A stretch of 63,168 bases of DNA, filler included, from Octopus bimaculoides (Eukaryota): NCBI RefSeq assembly GCF_001194135.2. It is 4 parts of 4 records of this genome, joined end to end, with 100 filler letters (N's around TTAATTAATTAA, not from the genome) between each part and the next. Parts side by side here need not be neighbours in the genome. Positions count along the whole stretch, not along the records: positions 23,028 to 54,872 come from NC_068988.1; 3 more parts are not named here. One strand, written 5' to 3'. Numbering within the stretch: the stretch's first letter is position 1; every line of letters begins with the position of its first letter. The translations under genes and the position numbers were made by a program. Shown here piece after piece: positions 39,477-53,895 of the stretch. The notes under the pieces were generated by a model that worked only from the letters and a program-made list of their open reading frames with translations, was not told the origin of the DNA and searched no databases.

Positions 39477-39537
39477 GATACGCACACATTCATATCTATG
39501 AAATTTGGTACAACTAACTATGTTAGAAAATGTTTAT

Positions 39538-40009
39538 ATTACATGGAAAAATGCGAGCAAGAGAAATAATATTTTTAAGATTATAAATCTGGAAAAGTAC
39601 AAGACAAGTTACTACACATGGAAGAGTTCAGGACAAGTTACTACAGGTGGAAAAGTACAGAACAAGAAAATTTTTACTTAAAATATTGCAGCTGAGGATA
39701 ATATTTCAAATAAAATATTTAGAAAATATTATCTTTTATTAAAACTAAAAAATATATTACAAGTTATTACTTCTGTTGTTATTACTTCTGTTTGTTATTA
39801 CTTTTTACTTATATTAAAAATTAAAAATAATTCAGTTAAAATATTTTATCCTTAGCTGCAATATTTTAAATAAAATTTTTCTTGATCTGTACTTTACCAG
39901 TTGTAATAATCTGTCCTGAACTTTTCCAAGTGTAATAATTGGTCCTGTAGTTTTCCAGATTTATCATCTTAAGAATATTATTTCTCTTCCACGCATTTTC
40001 CCATGTAAT
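39538..40009. mobile_element. Foldback-type element: ~170-bp inverted arms with 29-bp subrepeats
   Basis: Left arm ATTACATGGAAAAATGCG...GCAGCTGAGGATAATATTT; right arm AAATATTTTATCCTTAGCTGC...CGCATTTTCCCATGTAAT; AT-rich spacer of ~130 bp. Confidence 0.85.
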
Positions 40010-41471
40010 CCATGTTTTTGCCAGGCTATGCTATCATGCTAATGTGTCAAATGTGTCAATTAGCGGTGTCGTTAATAATGTTTTCCCTACCTCAATGAAA
40101 CCGGTGACATATATTAAAAGACCCCTAGAACTATATTCATAAAAAAAGTATAGAACTATATTATCGCTCTCAAGAAGATTATTATCACTCTCAAGAATAT
40201 TATTATCAAAGCAAAGTAGGTGACCAGATATAAAGTAAATATTAAAATACAAGCCGTAAATGGAACAGTAAAAACATATAACTATTCTTTTACTATATAT
40301 TTCAACTTCTACGGATTGTTTTGTTAAAAACATTTATTTCAGGAGAACTCAATTATACGAAAGATTACTTACATACATACACAAATATAAATGTACACGC
40401 ATATATACACAAATACGCAACACACCTGGACATATGTAAACATGAACATGCATATGCAGGCATTCACATATTCTACATATCAACACGGATATATACTCGA
40501 AACTGCACACACAAACCCATATATGGATATATAACAGTTCTACGTAAGTGTATAACATATATTTTTATGCATATGTATATACTTGTAAGCGGGAGTAATT
40601 GAACAATTTAATCGCAACATGCTTACGTGTTTCTCCATATATATCATTGTCCATTTGGCTATAAGAGATATTCAGTTGATATAAAATGGATCTGAGTGAA
40701 AATCCCGCTGTGGATCATTGATGTCCAATGGATTACCATCGGGAAACTACGGTTTTGATCTAATGTCCCATTTACTTGTCTAAGCACGTACATTTATCAT
40801 AGAGCCTATACACTTCCTTAGTATTGTATTTTGAGAATTTCAGTATTTTCGCACGTAATACTGTTTTAATTCTGCAAAATAATATATTGCTAATGAATTA
40901 ACTGATATGAATGATTTTCAATGTAAAATGAGATTGCTGCATTTTCCCAACAAAGTATTAGACAAAAGGTCTTAGTATCATCTGTGGATATATTTTAGTT
41001 ATTTTTCCTGCTTCACACTGATATTTATTATATTTATTGCAGATCATTTGCTATACTGTGAATAGCTCTGTAGACTACATGTTTTAATTTAATTAGCTAG
41101 GTAGACCACGCGCAAGAGACTTTAATGCACGTAGTTCTACAAAAGTTACGAAACTCTCGAGATAAAAGCTGCTTATGTCTTGAGGCTTTGAATTTTATCC
41201 TGAAACTTATCAGGCCTGGAAGATTTTAACTTTATCTTGTATCTGATCAGACGGAAACTAAAAGACTACTTCTTACCACACTGATCACAATGCCAGCTCG
41301 TTACATTGTTAATGATGAGGGAACGTTGATATTTACTTTTTGCTTAATGCTCTGGTCTAAAGTGAAATGAATGCCTTGTTCTTCGATACAAGGTTTGAGT
41401 CCATTACCTCATGCCCCTAGGTTTAACAACACTGTAACATAGATCACCCTCATTCAAGTACTTATGTATGA

Positions 41472-41697
41472 ATACAGGTATGTTTACCGCTTTCAATTCA
41501 CCGCAGGTTAGGTTCACCGCCATCAATTCACCGTGAAGAAAGTTCCCCGCGAGGCAAGTTTACTGAGAAAATATATTTATTGTATCTCACTCTTAATAGT
41601 TAAAACTATTTTATTTTAAAATAACGGTAAATTGATGACGGTGAACTTTCACTGTGGTGAAGTGATGACGGTTAACTTCCCGGACATGATACTGTAT
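41472..41697. mobile_element. Non-autonomous inverted-repeat element with (TTCACCG) subrepeats
   Basis: GGTTCACCGCCATCAATTCACCGT on the left versus ACGGTAAATTGATGACGGTGAAC on the right; ends TACAG...CTGTA. Confidence 0.6.
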
Positions 41698-43199
41698 ATC
41701 AGAATGAATATTTTCCGATCTTTCTTCCGAATTAATCAGTAGTTTTTGCCGATCTAGTCCCAAACTGTGGAATTGTGTGTATAAACAATGAAGCCCTCAC
41801 TGCTTGAATCAGATTATTCATAGTTATTAAACGAAATATTCAAGCCACAACTTTCTCACATACGTCCACAATGGATTTATTATTTCATTTATGGCAGATG
41901 GATTTTCGTTTTTACGAAATGAGCTCATATAACCAAGAGAAAAATTATTCAATGCAAGAAGTCATGTTTTTATATTCATTGATTCGAAGCTTAAAATTTC
42001 TTGTTAACCTAAATTTCGCATATCATATTCCTTAAGTAATTGAAATTTTAGTAGTTATAGCTTTAGGATTTTCTATTTTAATATCTTCCAAACATGTGTG
42101 TCTGGATATAATGTTATATTTGTCGGTCCAGTAATTTTTATGGCAAGGATATGACTCAAATTGTATGGCAGAAACTACCACGTAGGAAAAGAGATTTTGT
42201 TAATTTACAGCTGGAATAATATTTGATGAAAAAAAAAAAATTATTCTCAGGTCTACATTTCGATTTATTTCATTCGATTGAATGTCTGAATAAGAATGCT
42301 ACATTTTCTGTAGATACCAGAGAAAACATCTTATTGTTAGACTGGAATAGTGAGAAGAAGCTTCATTTATTGACTAACTCATTGACATTTTATCGTTGTG
42401 GTTCTACTTTAGGAATAAGATGTATAGGAATNNNNNNNNNNNNNNNNNNNNNNNNNNNNNNNNNNNNNNNNNNNNNNNNNNNNNNNNNNNNNNNNNNNNN
42501 NNNNNNNNNNNNNNNNNNNNNNNNNNNNNNNNNNNNNNNNNNNNNNNNNNNNNNNNNNNNNNNNNNNNNNNNNAAAGAACCCTAATGCCATCGCGCAGGA
42601 TGATTTGTTCTTGCAATTATATCCGGGTGATGTGATAATATCCCTAAACAGAAATAGAGCTAACCTGGATTAGAAATGAATAGACGCCATTCAGTCGAGT
42701 GAAGGATTCAATGTATTATGAATAAAAAAGCATACGTCAGGCTTTACAATATCTTCCATGCACTCATTAGAATACTAAACTATATTCACACCAGCAGTCC
42801 TTAGTTGATACATACACTTACACACAAACGTGTGTATGTGTTTGTGTATGTGTTTTTGTATTTGTGTGTGTTTGTCTGCGAGTGTCTGTGTGCATGTGTG
42901 CGTGCGCACGTGTGTGTGTGAGAGAGAGAGACAGAGTATGTGTGTGAGCTAAGTGACTAAGGATTGATTCCTGTCGATGCCAGGAACATGATGCTTTTTT
43001 TTTCACGTGTGCTCCAGTCCACTCCAATACTTCACTAGTACTGTACGTATTTTATCGAGATGAGAACTATAACGAGCAAATTGGACATCGATGAAATTTT
43101 AATTCTGATCATAAAATCTTAAAGAAATAGCCCAATATGCTTTTCGGTGCTCTTGTGGTTCTGCCAATCAACTACTTTCTATAATAATTTCTAAGTTAC

Positions 43200-43655
43200 G
43201 TACAAGGCTTCACGTTTAGTGAAAAGAACAGTTGATCATATCGAAAAAAGTAATTGAAAAGTACTTATTTATCGAACCCCAAAAATTAGGAGGCAAAGGC
43301 GATCTTGGTAGTATTTGAAATCAGAAATTAAACCACCAAAACTACTTACGACGTGGTATTTTGTCTGGATTTCTGACGTTGTTGCCAATCTACCCAGTCT
43401 CACGTCGAACAAATATTGATATCAAAGTGTAAAGGCAGTGATGATGGCGAAATATTAGCTTACCGGACAAAATGCATATCAGTATTCAGTTCTGTCCATG
43501 TGCAGGCTGAATTCAAAACCAACTGGTGTCCACTTGATCTTTCATTCGTCCCAGATCGATAAAATCATTCCAAGCATGTCCCGAGATGAATTAAATCGAC
43601 CATATTCTTCCCTTACAAATGCATGGCCATATGCCAAAGTAGGAAATCAATATTT
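43200..43655. mobile_element. Adjacent divergent pair of old family E SINEs (minus then plus)
   Basis: TACTTATTTATCGAACCCC...GGCAAAGGCGATCTTGG (minus) and GATCTTTCATTCGTCCCAGATCGATAAAAT (plus). Confidence 0.55.
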
Positions 43656-43675
43656 GTATAAGAAATCAATATGCT

Positions 43676-43784
<109 letters not shown>

Positions 43785-43983
43785 CATATATATATATACA
43801 TATATGTAAGTGTATATGCCTCTCTCTCTGTGTATTATGTGTGTATACATGCATATCTATATATATACACAAACACGCACACTCATACATGTGCTTACAT
43901 ACTGATACGGCAGGATATACAAATATATACATACAAACACACACATATACACACGGTGAAAGCAACAAAGAAAGAGACCAAAT

Positions 43984-44018
<35 letters not shown>

Positions 44019-44059
44019 AAGAGAGAGAATGAGTAAGAGAAAGATGAGAGTATATAATA

Positions 44060-44215
44060 CCGAGAAGAGAGAAAGAGAGAGAAAAAGAGAGAGAGAAAGA
44101 GAGAGAAAAAGAGAGAGAGAAAGAGAGAGAAAAAGAGAGAGAGAAAGAGAGAGAAAAAGAGAGAGAGAAAGAGAGAGAAAAAGAGAGAGAGAAAGAGAGA
44201 GAAAAAGAGAGAGAA

Positions 44216-44250
<35 letters not shown>
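44060..44250. repeat. Higher-order purine repeat: 24-bp unit GAAAAAGAGAGAGAGAAAGAGAGA
   Basis: Regularly repeated unit inside a (GA)n tract; gives the KRERERER ORF. Confidence 0.85.
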
Positions 44251-44251
<1 letters not shown>

Positions 44252-45384
44252 TTGTATGGATGAAGAGAGATGTAAGCGGTAAGGAGAGGGAGAGGCAGAT
44301 AGTAAGTGACCAGACAGCTTGAGGGTTAAACAAATAGACACATGAAGTGATACTACAACAATTGCTATTTGAGGTTACAGTATGTTAGTCAAAACAAGTA
44401 ATTAACAGCACAAAATACTAAAATAATGAAAAAAATCAAAGAAGCAAGATTTGTGTGAACAAAAATGTTGTAGGATAGAATAGAAAAAACGAAAATAAAA
44501 AATGAATTTAAAAGCAGAAACTATTTATTGACTGTTCTAAATTCCTCTTAGCTCATTAAAATTTCCAAACTAGCAAACCATTTTCTGCATGATTATTCTC
44601 AATAAACTGCATATGGGTTCATTTTTAGCTATTTGTTCATGTTATCTATTCTTCATTATGTTTGTTATAAGAAAGTTAGTATATATGGCCAAGGGGGTTG
44701 AAAAACAGGCTATAATTATTATCATAATATATTTTCGTTCGTATCTACATTATGGAGACTCTTACTAAATTGATTTAGTTTTCATCACAAATATATATAT
44801 AAAGTAAGTATGCAATTTAATTTTGCGCCTGATTATTTTGTTTCTTCTATAGATAAACGAAAACAGTGACTATAAAAATTGGATTGCTAACTTATAAGTA
44901 ACTAGTTCGCATCCAACTGAAGTTATCTTGTCGTTTTGTTAGCAACAAATGCACTTTTATACTAGACTTTTATCATACTTAACGTCAACTTCAATCAGTT
45001 ATAGAATCTATAACTAATAACAAAGGTTGAAGTAAATTGAAGTCGTTTAACGACTTCTTCTCATTAGTATAAATAAAAGTGTAAGAGATATATCTTACTT
45101 AGTATAATAATTTATTGTGTCCATATGCGAAAGTATACATATATACGCGTGATACATATAAAATAGAGACATTATAACTACCCTAGATAGGTAGTGAAAA
45201 ATATAGAGTGTTCTACTCGATGGAATATAAGTTGGGACGTTCAATTATAGACCATGCACCATAGGTTTGATGATGCAAGCAGGAAAAATAAAACTCAAAA
45301 TATGAGAATATGAATAATTTTTTTATTAAATTGGTAAGTGTCAGTACACGAAACACTCGACCCTTGAATCATTCTGTTACTTCG

Positions 45385-45822
45385 GCTGCAGGCACAGACG
45401 TGGCTGTGTGGTAAGAATCTTGCTGCCCAACCACACGGTTTTGGATTCAGTCCCACTGCGTGACACTTTGGGCAAATTTCTTCGATCATAGCCTCGGACC
45501 GACCAAAGCCTTCTGAGTGGATTTGCTAGACGGAAACTGAAAGAAGCCAGTCGTACACACACACACACATATATATATATATGCATATGTATACATTTAT
45601 ATGTGTGTGTATGTGTGTGTTTGTGTCTGTGTTTGCCCCCACCACCATCACCTGACAACGAATGTTGGCGAGTTTACGTCCCCGTAACATAGCGGTTCGG
45701 CAACACAGCGATAGAATAAGTACTAGGATCACAAAGAATAAGTCCTGAGGTCAACTTGTTCAACCCTTTGAGGAGGTGCTCCAGCATGGCTTAAATCAGA
45801 TGACTGAAACAAGTAAAAGAAG
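45385..45822 (+). mobile_element. Composite SINE (B head + microsatellite + C module)
   Basis: B ~45385-45553; CA/TA/TG tract; C ~45621-45822 ending GGTGCTCCAGCATGG...GACTGAAACAAGTAAAAG. Confidence 0.85.
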
Positions 45823-45841
45823 TATATGTATATTTACAAAT

Positions 45842-45934
<93 letters not shown>

Positions 45935-46379
45935 CACAATTATTATAGTACAGTTATATGGTACAGTCTAGCTCAAGTACATAACTGTAAGAACACATAA
46001 CAGTAAATGACATCTTATGACTGAATTACGCAAGGGGCAAAATATTAGTCGCAATTGTAAAAACATATGGGGTACGTGCCACAAATGAACTCATGGTCAA
46101 TCTAGATCTTTCAGTGGCTGTTCACCTCGCCGGTAGATGTTGAACTAGAAACAATTACTCGTTTCATTTTATAATATATATCAGTTATGAGAGGTATCTA
46201 AATTGACCAGGAACGGTGACAGAGATGATGCTGTCAGTCACACCTATAAACATTCTTTCAGAAAAGTAGTAAATATTCCTTCAGAGATCTCTGTTAGAGA
46301 AATGGCTGTTGTGATACTTAAAAATGTAACTGGTACTTTAGAGAAAATAGTTATACGGTTAACTTAGGTTGTACAACTT

Positions 46380-46570
46380 TAGACGCTTAAAAGAAGATTC
46401 TGACTCAAGAAAGATATTCAACATCCCAGGTCTCGTGCTTCAGAAGTTGTCCTCCCTAGAACTTTGATCGTCTGGGATCTCCTCCATTTTATGCCACTTC
46501 TGCAGATGTCGACTTACAATAGTTTAACGGGAACATTAACCGCATCATTTCCTCCAATCTTGAAGGGACT
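46380..46570 (+). mobile_element. Decayed CR1/Jockey-group LINE C-terminal fragment
   Basis: PRSRASEVVLPRTLIVWDLL (like PR.RT....SF.PRT...WNSLP) and DLQ*FNGNINR. Confidence 0.5.
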
Positions 46571-48539
46571 GAAACGCCTTTTCTTCCAAATTCAGCAAGT
46601 TTAAAAAATGGGCTGCATGATGACGGCTGGAACGCTATTGATTATTGGAAATCTTCATTCAATCAAGACTGACATGAAAGTAAGTAAAAAATAACAACAG
46701 AACCAACAAGAATAATAAATAGATAAATAAATAAATAAACAAATAAATAAATGGGTACACATTCAAGTTTATATGTACAAATATCCACATAATCTTTTCC
46801 ATGGTTTGTTTCTACGTTATTGAAAAGTGAGCAAGTTTTACTCGCTGTCTATTCACTGTCACTCACGACTAAATACGGTCACTCACAGTATCTGACTAAT
46901 TAACTTCAGTCTTCTAACTCAAGTGGCATACGGCCAAAGATTATTTTCAAAACATTCGTATATATGTATGTGTGTCTGTGTGTATGTGCGTCTGTCTGTC
47001 TTTATGTATGTCTGTATGTATGCGTGTATGCGTGCATATACTTATGTGTATGTAGATATGTGTATGTGTAGTCAGATATTCCAAATACTTTTAATCTCTT
47101 AACAAAAACTCTGTTTACATGTTATTCTTGAGAACTTTTTTTTCAGTGGCTGGTGGAATTGAATAGTTTTTTTGTTTAGTGGTTGATGATACATTGCAGC
47201 TTTCATTACCATTCTTTTATTTGTAATTATTTTAACTTTTTCTTTTATTTCAAAGATCATGTAATGATTTATATGCACTCCGGTGTCACTATTATTCTTG
47301 TCCATCGCCTGACACATGGTTTATGCTTGCAAAGGATTGTGCTAGTACTCTTACGGCTTCTTTTGATTTATATGCTCTTATCAGTATAACACCATTTTAA
47401 ATTCTATCCTATTAGTTTTAAATGTTGCCTCTTCGGAGAAAAGAGGAATATAAAATACATATCCATTTTTTTCTCTAGATTTACACGAATTCTTTTATTT
47501 AATCACCATCTTCAGTCTTCATTTTCCCCGCGGTTTCTATAGTTTTTACCTCCATAAATATAATAAAGATTGTACTAGTAACAAATAGAAATGCATTATA
47601 GCAACTCTATTTCCAGTTTTCAGATAAAGACAGTTCAGATAATAGAATAGCAGAATGATTTTACGATATGTATATTAATATGTTATGCTTTAAATTTTAA
47701 TTTTTTGTCATTAGAGTGTTGGACAAAATTTTTCGATTATTTAACCTTATCCGTTTATGTGTTGAGCTTAAATCTTGCCAAGATCAGCTTTGCTTCTAAT
47801 CAGTTTGGGGTCGGTAAAATAATGTACCAGTATAATGTTGAGGCTTGTCTAATGTTGCTATAAACTAGTATAGAAGTTACTTGAGTTGTGATTTTTTATC
47901 CGATTCAAGTGTAAAGTCACCAGTTCAAGTGAACAGTCACCAGTGATGGAGTTAGTTCACACCATCGAACGTAGTGTCTACTGCCAGTTCATTTTGGAGG
48001 ATCCAAAATAATGAATGACATTGTTCATATTTTGATCTGAATTTAAAGTGTGAAAAGCCGGAAGACATACTACAAATCATTTTGTTCAACGCCTTATTGA
48101 CTTTGCCAGTTCACCGAGTTTGCTGTTGATGAAATCATAATTGAAAACATTAACGTATATAACCGCTCTAGGGTTCAGCGAGTCCCTTAGCTGGGTCCAA
48201 ACGCCTTCTACGTAAAGGCATTGTCTTTTATATTATAGAGTCTGTTAACTGTATACTAGTAACAAACAAGACTCGATGTAATGTGAACTACACTATCGTA
48301 TGATTTTCTTTGTTTAGCAAAAATGTGATGAGCATCATATAATAAAATACAAGTGCCTATAGAGTTGAGTTGAGTTTCTGAGAGTTTCTATTCCCAGCTA
48401 TGGCTTATCATTCCGTTTTCCTTGAAGTCAAAAGTATAAAAAATTTACATTCAGCAACTCAAAATGATGCTATATGATCTATATTTCAAATATTTTTCTG
48501 GTTGCTTTCTATCCCTAACAATCTGATTTTTGTTCAAAA

Positions 48540-49170
48540 CGTTAACTGTTATCTTTTCCCAGCCGCTCTTTATTGTGCAGCATAATTCATGCACTTCTAC
48601 CCTCAATCATGTTCATCAAGAATCGTTTACAGCGATAGTATACCATTAAGCAAGTTCTGTTCACAGCTCTCCACCAGTTCTATACACAGCTATTCCATAC
48701 GGTTAAGAAAATCCTCTTTATAACCACCTTCTAATTTTAAATAATCTACGTTCATTGTGACGTTAACGACTCTCATATTAACAGTTGCTAACTCCCCGTT
48801 CACAGTTGTTCTCTAACGGACAGATGCCTTCATAGTTGTCCTTCACTGTTAACCATGTTCCGTTCGTGATGACCTCCAGTCCCAAACATATTCCGTTATG
48901 GTCGTTCGCCAGTGTCCAGCATGTTCATAAGAAACCACCTTCTAACCACAGTAACGTTCATATCTGCGCTACAGTGTTTACCAGACTCTGTTCATGGCTG
49001 TCAAATAGTATCAATCAGAATCCTCCTATAGCCGTCTTCTACGATGAACCAGACGTTCATAACTGAATACTAGTGTCAACAATGCTCCATTCATAGTTGT
49101 CCCTTAATCTCAGCAAGGCCCTTTATAGCTCTATTTCAATGTTAACCTAACTTTGTTTACCACCATTAGC
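48540..49170. repeat. Decayed minisatellite with a period of ~33 bp
   Basis: TTCAT/TTCAC cores recur at ~48923, 48957, 48991, 49057, 49090; AACCACCTTCTAA and TTCATAGTTGTCC each occur twice. Confidence 0.6.
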
Positions 49171-49249
49171 ATTCACATCAAAGGAAAGGTATCATAATAT
49201 ACTATGAAATAAATAAATAAATTACTTGGTGAAACGAAAGGTGCGGGGT

Positions 49250-50090
49250 TAGGATGGAGGGCTGCTATTCAGCTTCTTTGGTCGTTGATGTTTATTTTTC
49301 GGGAGGGAGTGAAATGGTATTAGTGTTGGAAATGATAACTGTGGCGGTGAAGCAATAATGTCGAAGGTGTTGTTAATGGGGATGACGATGAGGAGGAGGT
49401 GGCTGTTAGGTAGTAGTGGTTGTGGTGGTGATGGGTGGGGTGTTGGAGATGAAGGTGTTGGCAATGATGGTAATGATGTGGATGGGGTGGGAGTGTTTTA
49501 CAGTAGCTGACTTGATTAGTAATCTGGTAATGCATGACTAATGTAGTTTTTTTTTCAGTAATTTAGCTTCAAAGGGGAGTTGTTTGTTGTTGATGTTGTT
49601 GTTGCTGCTGTCGTTGTTGCTGTTTATGTTGTAGTTGTTGACGCCGTTTGTAGTGCTGATGAAGGTGGTGGTGGTGGTGGTGGTGGTGGTGGTGGTGATA
49701 GTGTTTCTAGTGAAGTTGGAGTTGGTGAATTTTTTTAAAGTTGTAGTGGAAGGTGGTTGTGAGAGTTGTAGCCATGATAATAGAGCTAGTGCTGCTGACG
49801 ATTTCATGATGATGATGATGATGATGATGACGATGATGATAATGATAATGATGATCATGATCATGATCATCGTTATCATTACCGTCATCATCATCATCGT
49901 CATCATCGTCGTCATCATCGTCATCATCATCAACCTCATCATCATGATCTCAACTTCATAATCATCATCATCGCCATCATCATGATAACGAGGGCAAAGT
50001 CGAGGACGATGGTGACGGCGATGACGGTGACGACGGTGACGACGGTGATGATGACGACGACGGTGGTGATGACGACGACGACGAGGATGA
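49250..50090. repeat. Trinucleotide mosaic (GGT, GTT, GAT, CAT, GAC)
   Basis: Directly visible. Confidence 0.9.
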
Positions 50091-50773
50091 GGCGTGGGGG
50101 AGGATATTGCCTTTCTACCGTCCTTTTATTTCCGTCCGAATCCTGTTAATGTAGTGTTGAACTATCATGTGAGATCCACATGTATTCCGTCCGAACGAAA
50201 ACGAGACTTAAAAAGCAGTTTTGATACTGTTGTTGTTGTAAATTGTTGTTCTTTAAAACTAGTCAAGCTAATTAAACAAACATACGATAGGTTGATAAAT
50301 AACAGAATTTTCGCTGTTATTTCTTGCAGTCGAGTAGAGAATTTTTCGTTTGATCATCTTTATGGAATGTTGGAGAAGGTCGTGAAAAATGGTCGCATGG
50401 GCTTCATGGTGCTGAGGAAACAGAGGACGATGGATATAGAAATAGATAAATGAAGAGCAGAAAATGGGGAATAACTACTTGCAATCATATGTACTCTGTC
50501 GGGGTCATCTTTGCCAGTCCATTTGCTTCTTATTGCCAAAATAACCCTCACACGATCCAACAACAGTGACAAAACACAGACTACGAACACCAAGATCTGT
50601 ATCTCTCTATATATCCACCTCTCTATCGGTTTATCTATTATCACATATTCTCTTTCTTTCACTCTATGTTTATGTGTGTGGGTATGTGAGTGTCTCTTGA
50701 GAGAGAGAGCGATGCAAATCGCATTGTTTTAGCTTTCGAATGGAACCACTCCGCAAGCTAGATAATCGGGCTA

Positions 50774-50811
<38 letters not shown>

Positions 50812-50827
50812 TTATATAAATATATAA

Positions 50828-50872
<45 letters not shown>

Positions 50873-51839
50873 TTGTGTGAAAATGTTTAAATATTGTTTG
50901 TATACATAAGCATCAGATTTTTGTTTCAAACATATACATATAATGATGAGTCAAGTGTATTTGATATCAGTTTTTATACTGTAGCAATTCTAAAACAGCC
51001 AAAGAATTCTCATCACTACTCTAATTTAAATTTCTGAAACTTTTAATTTTTTACGTATGTCTTGTTATAGCATTATAGTATTAAATTGTACACATTACAT
51101 TAAAAATCAACTAGATCCGGGAATTCTATCACCTGTACACATAAATATCTTAGTATATCCAAAGATATTTTTCGGTTCGCTCTGTAGTTTCCTGAGACCT
51201 AACATTGTACAATTATATTATGATTTTTTAATCAATGCAGACTAATTTCAAATGTGTGGGACGTTCTATATTTATCTTGTTTTACACTCCAAAATATTTT
51301 TCAACATGACAAGTAAATAGTACAATATATTGCCACTGGTGATAACGGTACCTATTCAAAATAACTTCTTTGGTAATTAAAGCCGATAGTTACAAATTCT
51401 AATTAATCTGTAAATATATGAAGGTAAAAAAAAAAACAATCAACATGGATACCTTATACGAACTTGGCGTAAATATATGATTAATTTTTAAATAATAGAA
51501 CTATATTTAAAAAATATAGTTGTGTAACGGGGTCATGAAAATTATTTATAATTTCAACTTACACACACTCATATATATCTTTGTTTTTGCTTTCTTTTCC
51601 GCTTGGTATATATTCTATCGGTCTCTTTTACCCAACCGTTATGTTACGGAGAGGAATATAAGCGAACAGCGGTTGTGAATCGGTGGTAGGTGACAAACAC
51701 TGACACAACATTGCGCGCGCACACGCTCATATACACGCGCGCACACACACACATACACACATGCACGCACACACATATAAACACACAAGCGCACACGAGC
51801 ACACATAGTTCCCATAAGAGATGTTTCGTGTCTACCATG

Positions 51840-51914
51840 TCTCATGGCTATAAGACTCATGCGACATGACTATAAGACTCATGGCTATACGACATGAGTC
51901 TTATAGCCATGAGA
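51840..51914. repeat. Perfect 22-bp inverted repeat with 31-nt loop
   Basis: TCTCATGGCTATAAGACTCATG (51840-51861) is the exact reverse complement of 51893-51914. Confidence 0.95.
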
Positions 51915-52479
51915 AGCTGAATATTTGTCACTCAGTTACTTATCCCCTACGCTTTTCTTTCCCAAAGCACTGGGGGCTTTTACATTGAGCTTGTTCCTTA
52001 ACATACTAATTAACCAATAGCTGGTACCCTAGCTGGTGGTATTTTTCCGGATCAGAGTACACCTGGGAACGATTGGGCTAAGAAATGGTTCCACATTCCT
52101 CAATATCCTAGAATTACCGAAATAGAATCCCACTACGGGACATACATACATTCATTCACTTGTGAGTCCGTATTGTATTAGAACTCTTTAAAACATTTAT
52201 TTGTAGACCCAGCATTCAAACACATTGATTATTATGATATCAAGACATTTTTGTTATTTACTCCTTGAGTCGAGTTAGTGCTAGAAATTTTGTGTGATCG
52301 GTTCTAGGAGTCAGCTGAGCTGGCTTTGCATTATACAGGCAGCAAACCAACTGCCCATCAGTCAAAGCAAATGCAACAGGGTCACTACAGAAAACGGTAA
52401 AGCAACGTTTGCGATTAAAAATATACATACATCTATATATATATATTTCATTGCATAATAATGATAAGAATGATAATCA

Positions 52480-53310
<831 letters not shown>

Positions 53311-53319
53311 GTAGTTTCA

Positions 53320-53895
53320 AAGTGCCGATCTGATCCTGAAATAACAACATTGAAAGAGTTGACCACCTCTTCTATAGATGTAAATGTTTTGACCCAATGG
53401 AGTATAAGTAAAGATATAACGGAGTTAGCCAATAACTACACTGAAAGCTACGTTCGATTATAAAATAAAAACTGCTGAAAAGTGGTATAAGCACCACCCT
53501 GAATCTGTAACTGAGGGAGAAAATACAACGATTCTTTGGGACTTTCTAGTACATACAGAAATATCAAAGCAAATGAACCAGATATTGTTGCAAAAGACCA
53601 AATCAATAAAGTCTGTTCATTGATCGACAAGAGTATCTCTCGTATTCATGAGTATTTCTCGTAATATCTCGACAAAAGAATTTGAGGAGATCAGAAAATA
53701 TAAAGATTTATTCATTGAAATCGAAAAAATGTGGCATCTCAAGGCGGTTATAATACCAGTGGTTGTAAGAGCACTTGGAATGATTAGAAAAAGAAATGAA
53801 AATCATTTGAAAATGATCCATAGCTTACCACCCTGCAAGAAGTGCAAAAGGTTGTTGTAACTGGTACGTCACATGTATTGAGAAGAGCATTGTGA
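53320..53895 (+). mobile_element. R4/Dong-like LINE C-terminal restriction-like endonuclease fragment
   Basis: EKWYKHHPESVTEGENTTILWDF; KANEPDIVAKD (PD motif); KEFEEIRKYKDLFIEIEKMW; IIPVVVRALG; VVTGTSHVLRRAL*; frameshifted. Confidence 0.85.

Noticed and set aside
40148-40212. 21-bp tandem repeat TATTATC.CTCTCAAGAA.AT
   Set aside because: Only about 2.5 copies; an ordinary local duplication, like the 33-bp duplication at 56266-56330.
42575-42675. Peptide QDDLFLQLYPGDVIISLNR resembling a PDZ/SH3 motif
   Set aside because: Too short, begins at a gap, and has no supportable splice structure.
43857-44341. KRERERER and LSLSLFLS repeat ORFs
   Set aside because: Read-through of a 24-bp higher-order GA microsatellite; no unique coding flank.
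48540-49170. CRISPR-like repeat-spacer appearance
   Set aside because: Cores are only 5-13 bp and degenerate, there are no cas genes, and the context is eukaryotic.
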